Source: Mytilus trossulus (Eukaryota). From it: 64,000 nucleotides of DNA. This document shows, one piece after another, positions 50,297-63,500 of the stretch (its first letter is position 1; every line of letters starts with the position of its first letter). Location: the NCBI RefSeq assembly GCF_036588685.1, contig NC_086376.1:40672001-40736000 (forward strand). Direction: 5' to 3'. The notes under the pieces are model-generated. The model was not told the origin of the DNA and searched no databases. It saw nothing but the letters and a program-made list of their open reading frames with translations. The translations under genes and the position numbers were made by a program.

Positions 50297-53200
50297 TAGT
50301 TATTAAAAAAGAAAATCAATATCAGCAATATTATCAATAAAGAAACAGTTATATAGCATTTAAAGATGCCGCGGCCAAATACTATACTAAAAGGAAAAAA
50401 GTCATTCAGACTGCCAGTTTTAATTGCGATATTCAGAACAGTTTATATACATTTTTTTTTTAAATAACTCATAAAGTTTATCACAAGGCATTAAATCTTA
50501 TAAATTACAATAATGGATATTAAAGAAAAGTCCATTCAGAAACATATGTTTTGAGTCAGGTATATCATAAAGCAAAACAATAATAATGAAGTCTGTTTAA
50601 TGTAACTATATGATAAATATCATGGAAAATAACAATATTCAAGATCAAAGTGTTTTTTTGAGTGTAATATCTGTAATCAAAGCTCAGCTTATTATTTGTT
50701 AATATTTTCTCAAGTATTGTATTCAGTTATATTGTTTATATTCTTTATAAATCTGCCTTTTAACGTACATTATAAAAACCCTTTCAAATGCAATGATATG
50801 GTTTCTGTCACTGTACAGATACTTGACAGCAAACCTTACGCAAGTAACATAAATTTATTATGAATAAGATTACTGAAGATTGCTGTTACAAGTGGGAGCT
50901 TTAGCTAGCTATTAAACCAGGTTTAATCACATATTTTCATCGGAAAAATACCTGCACAAGTAAGGAATATCTCTGTTGTTGTTCACATTTTAAAGTTTAT
51001 TCTGTTATGTATAGCATGGTTGAATCCGGGCTATTTCAGAATATTCGAATGTAAGGTCGGACCCGTATACTGTTTTTGTTGAGTGTCGATGTAAGTTGAT
51101 TTGAGAATAAAGATGTGTCGTTTATGTTAGTGTTGACTTGTCTTGTAAGTTCCTGTCCAAAGCCTGGTCATATCCATTCATAGTTGTTGATTTTGTAATT
51201 TTCATGGATTTTATCCTTATTGAATTTGTCTATGAGGTTTTTTTAATTTGATTTCACCTTTTTGCACCAGTTTTGTTTTCGGATAAATTTAAGAGAGAAA
51301 AGAGTTTCTACCTTTTCAAAGCATATTTAGCATTTATCTTAATAGAATTTATAACAGAAACCCATTTCATTCTGCTGAAAATCTATTGTTTCAGCAGAAT
51401 CTTTTGATCTTTACGAATAGTGTTTCTTCCCTGTTTAACACATCGTAAAAATTTCCAAATTTGACGTTGCTTTCCAGAAATATATTAGATGTGATTAATT
51501 TTGAATTATTAAATTTAATTTTTATCCAATTTGTTTTAGTATCGCTTCTTTTTGTTTTGTCTTTCTGCGAGGTCTTGAAGAGAGTTGTTAAAAAAATAAA
51601 ATAATTTACAGGCCATGGTCTCAATAAGATTTAGCTTCGTTTCGTGTGAATTTTAGCAATGACGCAATCTAATTAAATTTAGAGTTGACCTTCCATGACC
51701 ATGAACACATAAACATAGATATAAACAGATTAAGCAACTCGTGCAGTTGGATTTTTATAGGTCTACTAAATTTTGTATTATAGATTAAACATTTATTTTT
51801 ATCGTCGTTTTTTTCCTAAATAAGAATATTTTTTTGGTGGATCGAATCAGTCATTCAAGTTGTTTACCTTTGTTTCACTTTCAATGTTGACATTCTTGTC
51901 CTTTAAATTACCGTACACGGATAATGCAAGCGTTATTATATCTCTTTCCACAGGGTTAACATGGAGTTCACATAAATACAGGTCTAATGAGGTCGGACTT
52001 GATTATTTACTTGCAAGTGAATAATTCATTATCAATTTTTATTAGCTTAATTTGACAAAATTGAACCGTTTTAGCTGTATAAAGTTAATTTATATTTCAC
52101 TTTTTCACTTTCATTAATGATTGAACTAAAAAAAATCATACTTTAGATTTTTTATATATCTCGTATCTAGTGCCCCTTCAAAATATGGTAGAAAATCATT
52201 GTAATATCATTAAGCATACACTTTAAACTTCAAGACGGTGACCATGGTTGAAACAATATAAGTGAGTATTGAGTCACCTATTGTAGAATTAGGTACAAAA
52301 AATCAGGAAAGGTGTCAAAGAGACAACAACCCGACCAAAGAGCAGAACACAGCACAGGTTACAAACAGGGCTACAATGCAGCGAGAATATCTCACATTCG
52401 GAGCTGAGAATATCCTTTATAACCTTGTGTCCTTGACAGAATGTGTCGTTGGGTAGACCCTGAATGTTCAACTAGCTCTATTCCAAGCTTGACATTGAGA
52501 CCAACAGTGACTTGAAATGTCGTGATTCGTTTTACTTTGTTGTTGAGCTGTCTTATTGACTTACACCCAACATATACTTTTATCACCCATAATGCATTTC
52601 ATTATAAATTTGAAAATCTACGAAACTTGTGCTGAATGAAGATTTAGCTCTGTCAACCTTCAATAGCAATTTAGTTTTTTTTATTTATCACGTACAGCAA
52701 CAGAAGAACATTTGGTAAAACAAATCTATTTGTAGTTCTCGTCTGACAACATACAATTATCGGTTGTCATGGTTTAGTGCTAAGGGGCAATAACTGTCTC
52801 GACGTATCTTATCTATGATGGGTCACTTAGAACAAAATCAAGCTACATTGTATGGTAACATGCATCGGTGTTTTATAAACCAAATGACACGTGTATAATG
52901 TGTTATCAAGACTGAAGGATCTAAATAAAGTGTCCAATCAATCCAATAAACAGCGCAATTTTATCTAAAGCCGTTTCTTTTATAAATAGTTTGTGACATA
53001 ACACTGTGCAAACTTGATTATTACACTGTTTCGTTAGTTTAACAGGAATGCAATTCTCCCATTGCGCATTTCGTCTGTTTATGTTGTGTTTTTAAAAGAG
53101 AGGCGAAAGATACCAAAGTTGAATTCATAACAAACATAAACGGGAAAAGCAATGGATGAAAAAAAAAGCAACAAACAAACAACAGTTTACTAAACACAAC

Positions 53201-54807
53201 TTAGAAACTCAAGACTGAGCAATACGAGCCCATTGTAAAAAAAAACAAATATATATATATGTATCATCGGATGAGTTAGTCAGAAATGACAAGTCTGATT
53301 TTTTGACCTTTTGTTGTCTAGATTTCTGTGTCGTTGGGGTGATATAACCTTAACGTATACCCTAGCTGCATCTTTCTTTTATTCATAAGTAACATCATAT
53401 AATTTCAAATCCCAATTTTCTATAGACACTTATACATCAAACTTAAATGAATACTCTGTTTCATGTATAACAACGCAAATTTGTAATCTGAACGCAGGTG
53501 ATATGCATTACAAAACATGTGCATTTTAAAGCGTGTATTTTAGTCTTTGTTTTATTTTGTATCTGTAAAATCTATGAATGCGGAAGGAAATGCATAATTA
53601 TTTTCTAAGCAAGTTTCTTTGAACAGAATTTAAAATTATCATCATTAGGAACAAAAACCTTTCACCAATGAGCATAACAATAAAGACGTTGCTGAATTAA
53701 TATCTAATTTTAGTTAGTAATTTCATGGTAGACAATAAGAAATTGTGAAACTTCAAGACTATAAAAACTAAAATTTAAAAAAATGCTGTACATGATGATT
53801 GTATATGCCCATTCAACAACGCAAAAATTAATCACTAGTGTTTCCTGCTATTAGTAAATAATAGAAAGTTTCTCTTTTTAAAGAAGAATTTCATTTTGCA
53901 CGCGGCATATACTTAGAATATAAGATGTCTTACATATGGAACCTAAAGTTCAATGGGAAACGTATATTAACGGACCTTCAATTATTTTTCAAGTTCCAAG
54001 GGTTCGGCGTAAGTTTAGAGGATTAATGAAATTTTGATAGCGGTTTACGATGTTTTGGGGGGTCGGTTAAACGTTTTAAAATACCGTAGATCAGTTGGAG
54101 TTTGATAAACATAGGTTTCACAATACTTAATATATGAAAATGTGCTATGATTGCCAATGAGACAACTCTCCACAAGACACCAAATGACATAGAAGTATAT
54201 AACTATAATAGGTCACCACATGTCCTTGAAGTATGAGCAAATCCAATACCGCATAGTAACCTGTAAAAAGCCTGGTAATAACAAATGTAGACCGAGAAAA
54301 CTAACAGCCTTATTTGTGTAGAAAATAAAAACACGAAAAAACAAGTATGTCATACCGCAGCAGACAACAACCACCGAACTGCAGGCTTCTGACGAGAGAG
54401 TTGGTTTGTTAAGATTGAATAAAGATAAATGGGACAAGGCTAACAAAGATCTAGACACCGAACAGAAAATAGTTGGATGTAATCACATGCGTGTAGTGTT
54501 GCTATCTTCACAACAAGTTTGAAAAAAGTTGTGAGACAGTGGCAATACGAAGGTATTTGTTTCCGAACTATCGAAAAATGGCTCTCTGTCTTTGGAACAG
54601 CATCTAGTAAGTGAATACGTGTATTGTGAGTACTAGTATATGGAATTTGCACTTTAATATACCAGAAGTTACTGAGTTCAAGTACGAGATGGTATCATGG
54701 AAGTATTATGATCTCACGGTCTAAGCAGCAGCCATCTTATTAACAAGGGGAGACAACAGGGAGATGATCTGGCACGTGCGACCAGATTAATGGCTGAGAC
54801 GTGACTA
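50297..54807 (-). repeat. Right arm of long inverted duplication
   Basis: Reverse complement of 28324-30917 plus 33557-35738; lacks the Transib-like insert and the short repeat insert. Confidence 0.9.
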
Positions 54808-56565
54808 AAGCTTTAATGACGAAGATAGACAAAGTTAATCAGCAAATATTAATTGTGATACTTATTGATATTAATTAGTTTTTAGTGTTCATACTGCAAC
54901 TGACCTCTATAAATGCATTATTAAAATGTTGGATATAATTAGTTAAAAAATGGGGAAAAACTGGAGTCATACGCCCTGACTAACCTTGGTTAGTAATGCT
55001 TTGTTATACCGGAGACAATATAGTGCATAGTTCTGTGGTATCCAACAATGAATCTGACAAATCTGAACAAAGAACCGATTAACCGCACTCATTTTCTCTT
55101 TTATCAAATATAATTGTTTCCGACATACATTAAAGTAAAAAGTGCATTGGATGTACTCATTGGACAGTCTATTTCTATATTACAACAAGCAATTCCAATC
55201 CATTTCTGTACAGATAACCACAAAACAGTAATTATGACATTAAAATCCCTATCTGATTCATAGTTTATTTAGTTTTCACTTAATCAAAGCTTTTGAATCC
55301 ATCAACAACGAAGCAAGCCAAAACAGAATGTTTTCGCATTCACACTCAATATCAAAGCTTATTTATTTAATTGAGTTGTCTATTACCTGCGTACAGAATG
55401 ATTGAAGCGTAATTGTGTTTCTAACCTTCAGTATGTATGTTCAAATCGTAAGGCACAAATGGCAATAACAATAACTGTACTTCCGCAATTATTATCCATT
55501 AAGAATATATTTCTTCACACCAAAATGTGCAATACTTCACGAAAAACTCTTCAAAAAATACGATTTTTAACTTTCACCCTAAAGAATGTGAAGTGATAAA
55601 AAATAAAATATCGTTATATTGAAAGGGTTTGGTATGCTCTCAATGCAAACAAAATGCATTTTTGAAAAACCTTCAGGAACGATCGAGACAAAATTCTATT
55701 TGTAAAAAAAAACCGTCCCTTATGGACTTTTTAATGTATTAACAGCCCTTCTCCGAAGGTTCGTGTTAAGTTTTAACTAAAAAAATATTTTTTTGTAGTT
55801 TATATTACAATATGGTTCAACATGCGGTCATGTTATTAAGTAAATTAAAAAGTTATAGAAAATATACACAGCATTACAATATCCTCATGCGCTTGTATTG
55901 TAAATCTGTCTCCCCTCAAATTAGGAACGCCCTAAGCCAAAAATTAGATGTAAAAAGACCCACATGAAACTGGTAATTCAAAGACAATTATTACGAACAC
56001 TAAATAATAAATAAAATGAAAGACAATCTTTTTACATTGAATGTATTAAATATTAGCTATCTTCTATTATGCTTTGGTACTTTCCGATAATGTTTTTGAT
56101 AAATAAAACGAATCATTCTTTAACCATCCCCGGGGTCATTATTTTTTCACGCAGACACCGATGACGTTCAACAAGGTTTGAGTAGCAGTGGAAAAGCTCT
56201 TGAATAGCATCATATACATGTGTATCAGTTGAAAAATGCGTGGCCGAAGTCAGTATATTGCTGCTAATGTATGGAAATTTATTATAATGATTCAAATCGT
56301 CTCATCTGTCGTAGTCTCCAGTACTGAGATGACGCCGGAGTTTATTCTAGGTATTTGTCGAGCAAGAGACAGAAGCGACGTCTGTGGCTTCTTTAATATA
56401 TTGTTAAAGAGGATATACTAATTGGGCCGAATCAGGAAAGTTTAAAATGTAATGGCGAACACGTCATCCCAGGAATAGATGACCTTAGCCGTATTTGGCA
56501 CAACTTTTTGGAATTTTGGATCCTCAATGCTCTTCAACTTCGGCTTTATAAATATTTTGATATGA

Positions 56566-56609
56566 GTGTCACTGATGAGTCTTATGTAGACGAAACGCGC
56601 GTCTGGCGT
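56566..56609 (+). ncRNA. Type I hammerhead ribozyme, intact core, predicted cleavage after C56603
   Basis: GUGUCA-CUGAUGA-GUCU(UAUGU)AGAC-GAAAC-GCGC-GUC-UGGCGU. Confidence 0.88.
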
Positions 56610-56928
56610 ACTAAATTATAATCCTGGTACCTTTGATAACCATTTACACCACTGGGTCGATGCCACTGCCGGTGGACGTTTCGTCCCCGAGGGTATCACC
56701 AGCCCAGTAGTCAGCACTTCGGTGTTGACTGTTGACATGAATATCAATTATGTGGTCATTTAAAAAAAAATTTCTGTTTACAAAACGTTGAATTTTTCGA
56801 AAAACTAATGATTTTCTTCTCCCAGGAATAGATGACCTTAGCCGTATTTGGCACAACTTTTTGGAATTTTGGATCCTCAATGCTCTTTAACTTCGTACTT
56901 GTTTGGCTTTATAAATCTTTTTATATGG

Positions 56929-56972
56929 GCGTCATTGATGAGTCTTATGTAGACGAAACGCGTGTCTGGCGT
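56929..56972 (+). ncRNA. Type I hammerhead ribozyme variant (UUGAUGA core)
   Basis: GCGUCA-UUGAUGA-GUCU..AGAC-GAAAC-GCGU-GUC-UGGCGU. Confidence 0.75.
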
Positions 56973-58329
56973 ACTAGATTATAATCCTGGTACCTTTGAT
57001 AACTAATTATACCTGTATGTGAAAATAAATGATCTAGCTTTCTTGCTCTTATTGTTGTTACAAGTATATGTAGGAAATCCGAATCATTTTAAAATAGTAA
57101 ATGGTCGGTAAGGAGAGCAGAGTTGGTTGCCATAGGAATGCATATATATAACATGTCGCATAATTCGACTTTCAAATTCAACCAATATGTAGTCAATAAG
57201 AAACTAAATCCAACTGGTTAAGTGTTCTGCGATGTAGGATGTTTCATCATCTTGTCGGTATTAAATATGAAATGCCTATTTTTCTCCTAGCACAATTAAT
57301 TTGTAGCGTATGTTACTCTTTTAATGGAGAACAGCATTCTGGATTAAATCACGGGTTTTCAATTTCATGTAGTATGGTGTTTAGTTCGACCTTATATCGT
57401 TTTGTCCATGTTCTGGCGTTGTCCTCAAATGAACAATAATGAGTTTCAAGTTATTATTTTATACGTTGTGACTCTCTAAAATTATGAACATGAGAAACCC
57501 CCTTTCGAAGTTATCAATTTATGAATAACTATATTACCAGGAGAGTATTATTATATAGAAATTAGGTACAGTCTCATGGCAGCGTTTTCAAGTATTATTC
57601 TAAATAAAGGTTTTCCAATCGTTGTTAATAGTTATAGATTTTAGGTGCAATGCTTTTGGTGTATCTGTGTTATGGTTCCGATCGTATTGGTTTAAAAAGA
57701 CAAAAAACATCTACATTACAAGAGGGGGTAAAAACCAGAGGAACATTCAAATTCAAAGATCTAAAATAAAATGAAAACGCCATGGCTAAAAATGAAAAAA
57801 ACAAACAGACAATTGACAAACAATAGTACACAAGACACAACATAGAAAACAAAAGAATAAACAACACGAATCCCCACCACAAATATGTTTATTGATTGGA
57901 AAACATAATCTATACATCCGTTGTCAAGTGCATAATATCTTAGACATTTAAGAAAGTTTATTGGCAGTAAAAGTGTTTTATTGCAGAAAGCTTCAAGTAA
58001 AGGCAGATTCAACATTGATATATTTTAGCAATAGGCACTACTTCAACTCAACCACAACAAATAACAATATACCACCAACAAATTATAACTCATCATCATA
58101 TCATTTATATATAATAAATAACGAAAATAAATCATATGGAACAAACGAGCTTTGATCTTCCGCAAATGAAGTTGTATAAATCTAACTACATCTTCTAATG
58201 ATTGTTTATCCTGTTTGTTGGTACTTTTAAATGATTTCATTATATATATAATAAAACAAACATTTATGAATCACCCAAAGTCTTTAAGTGGAAATGAATG
58301 GTTTGAGCGTGAAAGGGTGTTAATAGAGG

Positions 58330-59145
58330 CCAGGATTAAATTTTGTATTACCCCAAACGCGCGTTTCGTCTACAAATTAAAAGATTCATCAGTGACGCTC
58401 GTATCCAAAAAAAAGTTAATAAAAAAGGCCAAGCAAAGTACGGAGGTGAAGATCATTGAGGAAAAAAATCCTAAAAGGTTTTCAAAATACAGTAAGGATA
58501 ATCTATTCCTGAGGTAGAAAAGCCTTAGTTTTTCAAAAATTTCAAAAGTTAATCTATAAATATGACCACATCAATGATAATTCATGTCAGTACAGCACAG
58601 AAGTGCTGACTACTGGGCTGGTGATACCCTTGGAGAAGTAAAGCTCAACTAGTAGTGACATCGACCAAGTGATTGTAAATAAAGTCATCATACATACTAG
58701 AATTACATTCTGTATTTACGCTAGACGCGTGTTTCGTCTTCAAAAGTCTAACCAGTGACACTCAATCCCCCAATCCCCCCAAAAAAATAAAATAAATAAA
58801 AGACCAAAATAACGTACGAAGTTGAGGAGCATTGAGGACCAAAATTCCTAAAAGTTTTACCAAATACAGCTAAGGTAATCTGTTCCTGAGGTAGAAAAGC
58901 CTGAGTATTTCAAAAATAAAATAAAAAAAGTTTTGTAAACAGTTAACTTATAAATAAGACCATATCAATGATAATTCATGTCAGCACAGAAGTGCTGTCT
59001 TCTGAGTTGGTGATACCCTCGTGGAATAAAACTCCACCAGCAGTGGCATCGACCCAATGGTTATACATTAACTCATCATAGATACCAGAATTAAATTTTG
59101 TATCTACTCGAGACGCGCGTTTCGTCTACAAAAGACTCATCAATG
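58330..59145 (-). mobile_element. Degenerate retrozyme tandem array (three damaged hammerheads, periods 368 and 388 bp)
   Basis: ACGCG..TTTCGTCT motifs at 58357, 58725 and 59113 with homologous spacers. Confidence 0.82.
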
Positions 59146-60789
59146 AAAGAGCGAAAAAATCTATTTACGAAAATAGAGGTCGGTTGTGAGGTTGTAGGGA
59201 AACATGTAATAACGTTTATATTATTGCTTTTAATGCAGGATTTATAAAGTATTTTACAAGGTATACAGATAGAAGAATTTGCATGCGGTGACTTTAGTTT
59301 AAATGATTTCTAAAAAAATCAGTATTCCAAATTTAAAATAAATTAATGTCTAAATTCAATTTGGGCTTTTAAAAAAGTAGAAAAAAGACAGATCAGTAGT
59401 AGTAATTATCTCGCTTCAAAAGGCAAAAAACACAGATACATCATATTAAAAAAAATCTAAAACTGCAATTAGTACAAGATGTGTGGTACGGAAAATACAT
59501 TTACCCCTCAATGAAGTTGCAGAATGAAGCATTTATAAATTTATTGTCGTGAAGTTTTTTATGGACACGAACGACATTATATTATTCAAATAACTAATTA
59601 ATCTAAGCTCCAATGCAAAAAGTAAGACATACATTTAATGAATGTTAGTTGCTTCAACGTCTATTTTGAATTGTCAGCACTTGTTTGTCAGAGTATATTT
59701 TTTTTCTTAAAATTAAAACTAAGTGAATCATCAAGCAGGAAAGGCCAAACTTCTGTGTTGCTGAGTTTTAACAACTTCATTAGCTCGTGTTAGAGGATAT
59801 TTCTTTTGTGTTTGATATTATTTTTTATGTATAATTACAGGAAATAGATATATATTGAAGAAGTAATTAAAAGTGGTTAATAATCTGTTTTATGTTTGTT
59901 TTTGTAAAATGTCATTTCTCAGGAAGTTTGGAGGTCATCTTCACTAAACTTCTCAACAATTTTGTAGTCGATTGGAATAATGAAAAAGGCAGGTTATGCA
60001 AAAAAATCTTTTGATGTATCAAACTTGTCCAGTCGATTAAGTAAGGATTTGAATGATGTAATAAAAAACATAACTGCAAACCACTAAAATCGCAAACATA
60101 ACAAGCTCTGCAAATAATCAACATGACGAAGCATCCTCATCATAATAAATTATAACGATAACCGAGGTAAGATTATTTTAAGTTCGAATAAAACTTAAAC
60201 CATTATAAAGCGCCTTTTTGGTGCTAAATGTTTGAAAGAAAAAAGTGAATTCTAATGAAAATGAATATCATTCTGGTAATGAAGCCCATTATACAAAATT
60301 TAGTCCTGGTATCTATGATGAGTTTATTTAGAAACTTATGTTGTTTTTGTCGTTTTATTTGTTTCGGTTAACCCACCCAAACAAAGTTTATTATGTGAAT
60401 ATAAAATTAAACCTAAAATATGTAAACTTTTCAATATATTTTACTTAAACAATTATTGTTTCAACATTACTTTTCGATTTGTCAGCTCTTGTTTGTCAGA
60501 CCGTATTTTTTTTCATAATCAAAACTAAGTGAATCATCAAACAGGAAAGGCCAAACTTCTGTTTTTCTGAGTTTGAACAGCTTCATTAGTTCGTGTTAGA
60601 GGTTATTCATTTTGTGTTTCAGGTTATTTACTACAATGTAAGTCTGTCTGGTAAATAGTTTATCAGCCGTAATTAAAAGTGATTTATGATCTTTTTAATG
60701 TTTGTTTTTGTAAAAATGTAAGGATAACTTTTGTGGTCATCTATACTTGTCAACCATTTTTCCAAAAACATTTATGGATTTGTATATAA

Positions 60790-61172
60790 ATAAGAAGATG
60801 TGGTATGATTGTCAATGAGACAACTGTTCACAAGAGACCAAAATGTCACAGATATTATCAATTATAGGTCACCGTACGGCCTTCAACAATGAGCAAAGCC
60901 CATAACGCATAGTCAGCTATAAAAGGCCCCGATAAGACAAAGTAAAACAGTCCAAACGAGAAAACTAACGACCTTATTTATATAAAAAAAAATGAACGAA
61001 AAACAAATATGTAACACATAAACAACCGACAACCACTGAATAACAGGCTCCTGACTTGGGACAGGCACATACACAAATAATGTGGCGGGGTTAAACATGT
61101 TAGCGGGATCCCAACCCTCCCCTAACCTGGGACAGTGGTATAACAGTACAACATAAGAACGAACTGTAAAAA
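60790..61172. repeat. High-copy interspersed repeat (SINE/HINE-like, unclassified)
   Basis: Fragments recur at ~100-300, 3600-3830, 6235-6330, 12640-12800, 28800-28980, 45015-45320, 54140-54400. Confidence 0.7.
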
Positions 61173-62830
61173 TCAATAAGTTCATTTTAATTATTACAAT
61201 TTGAACAGTTGATGCTACTATTAACAGTAAACCGCCAACATAACTATCAATCATCAATTTATTACTTGCAATAAATTCCAATTATTATCCCTTTTGCATT
61301 TTGAGATATTCTCTTGAATATCACAAAACATGTAGAAAAAAATCAACAAAAGTTATCTACAAGGTTAACAAATAACCATACACTACTGTCAACATATTGT
61401 AATACATGTGCATATAAATATCAAAATGCCATAGATATGCTAGGTGCGGTTTTCGGCTTTTGAGAACAACTTGTTTAATCACGACTCGTGGTATTGCTTA
61501 TAATTATAGCAGCCAACCTTTATTAAGCACTATCATAACCGAAGTAAGAAATATTTTAGTTCCAATACAACAATATTGAATTTGCTGTGTTTGAAGCGAT
61601 CGCTTTTTGAAGAGAGATCTCACAAAACATACTTAACCCCGCCTCAACTGTTTGCACCTGTCCCAAGTCAGGAGCCTCTGGCCTTTGTTTTTCTTGTATG
61701 CTTATATAATTTTAATTAATTTGTATGTTTTGAAAGTAAGTATGACGTTCATTTTCACTACGCTTAAACACCTTTGTTCTAAGGGACGAGCACGAGCCCG
61801 CCTTCGGGTTAGGGATTTCCTCGCTATGTTTAAGACCCTTTTTACTTGTTCTTTTCTGTTTGATTTGTTAATAAGAGTACAATGTATTTATTCAACAATC
61901 AAAACCAAGTGAATCATCAAACAGGATCGACCAATGACTTTGTTGTTTGAGTTTGAACAGCTTCATTAGCTCGTTTTAGAGGATATTTCTTTTGAGTTTG
62001 AAGTTATTTAAGTATGATTGGTAAATAATTCATCAGTCGCAATTAAAAGTTATTTATTGGCTGTTTTATATTTGTATTTGTGAAATGTCTTTTCGTAAAA
62101 ATGGGATGGAAGAATGATGTATAACTTTAAACAGAAAATGCAAATTTAATTAATCAGATTCGAGCATGCAAAAAATAACTCAAGTAATTCTTCCATTTAT
62201 TTAGAACGAATGATTTTATTTCGTTCGGTTATTTGATAAGACAGTCGTTAGAGTGAGAGGTTTAGCGCTATAAACCCAGGTTTAATCCACCATTTTCTAC
62301 ATTTGAAAATGCTTGTACCAAGTCAGGAATATGACAGTTGTTGTCCATCCGTTTGATGTGGGTTTTTTTCATTTGATTTTGCCATGTGATTGGGGACTTT
62401 CCGATTGTATTTTCCCCGGAGTTCAGTATTTTTGTGATTTTTTTTTCTGTTTCAATAGATTTAACCAAAATTTCAATGTTTGCATAAATAATTAAGATGA
62501 ATCTTAAAAATTTAAAAAAAAACAAAAAACAATCTGTCAATGATAGTTACTCGGATAATAATTATTGTTACGTTTCGACTTGATTTGTCAGTAAGTATTT
62601 ATTTGATAATGAAAACTAAGTGAACGGTCAATCAGGAAAAACTTAGCTGTTGTTTAGATTGAACAACTTCATTAGCTCGTGTTAGAGGTTATTTTTTTTT
62701 TTATGTTTGAATTTATTTGTTTTCAGTTCCATGACTAGAAAACAATCCATAATTCGTTACCAAAACTGATTAATAATCTGTTTGAACATCGGTATACAAC
62801 TATCGTTTTTATTTATGTGTGTATTATATA

Positions 62831-63220
62831 TAAACTCATCATAGATATCAGGACTAAATTTTTTAAATACGCCAGACGCGAGTTTCGTCTACAAAAGACT
62901 CATCAGTGACGTTCGAATCAAAAAAAATAAATAAAAAGGCCAAATAAAGTACGAAGTTGAAGAGCATTGAGGACCCAAAATTCCTAAACGTTTTGCTAAT
63001 TCCAGCTAAGGTTATCTATGCCTGAGGTAGAAAAGCCTTAATATTTCAAAAATTCTAAATTTTGTTAACAGTTAATTTACAAATATAACTTTATCAATGA
63101 TAATCCATGTCAGCACAAGTGCTGACTACTGGACTGGTGATATCCTCGGGGAAATAAATCTCCACCAGCAGTGGCATCGACCCAGTAGTTGTAAATAAAC
63201 TCATCATAGATATCAGGATT
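62831..63220 (-). mobile_element. Non-LTR retrozyme, ~1 unit (period 365 bp)
   Basis: TAAACTCATCATAGATATCAGGA repeated at 62831 and 63196; contains a hammerhead. Confidence 0.85.
62869..62912 (-). ncRNA. Type I hammerhead ribozyme, intact core
   Basis: Minus strand ACGUCA-CUGAUGA-GUCU(UUUGU)AGAC-GAAAC-UCGC-GUC-UGGCGU. Confidence 0.85.
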
Positions 63221-63444
63221 TAATTTTTTTTTTTATATCATAGTACCATTTCTCAGAAAATTTGGCAATCCTCTATTATACTTCTCAGTAATTTTGCAAA
63301 ATCTTTTTGGAGATAGAATAAAGTATAAATAAATTTAAAAAGATACGCAAATCTCATTTGATTAATAAGATTAGATCTGCAATTAAATAATCAACATAAC
63401 CAACAATCTTCATTTGTCGCCTTGTATGGAGTGCTAATGCTACC

Positions 63445-63500
63445 GAAACGCGCGTCTGGCGTACTAAATTGTAATCCTGGTACCTTTGATAACTATTTAC
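63445..63500 (+). repeat. Retrozyme fragment (3' half of hammerhead)
   Basis: CGAAACGCGCGTCTGGCGTACTAAATT..GGTACCTTTGATAAC matches 56591-56640. Confidence 0.75.

Larger units (their letters stand above)
56468..57004 (+). mobile_element. Non-LTR retrozyme, ~1.5 tandem units (363 nt between cleavage sites)
   Basis: Tandem repeat with two type I hammerhead motifs. Confidence 0.88.
56110..57450 (-). pseudogene. Decayed Penelope-like reverse transcriptase remnant, interrupted by the retrozyme
   Basis: Decayed FLID..VEF, IPMATNSA (GIPMGTNCAP-like), TYRY|DDV, and FPYISSNI motifs in order. Confidence 0.65.

Noticed and set aside
28324-54807. One giant 26-kb transposon carrying K2P gene 5
   Set aside because: No TSD at the outer ends, no transposase, and the arms are mosaics of unrelated repeats
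59670-59735. C/D-box snoRNA (minus strand TGATGA...CTGA) in the repeated module
   Set aside because: No terminal stem, no recognisable guide, and the boxes are not kept in all copies
519-62540. Dozens of 60-110 aa ORFs in the ORF track
   Set aside because: No domains; they lie in repeats, introns or antisense to real genes, and many start at non-ATG codons
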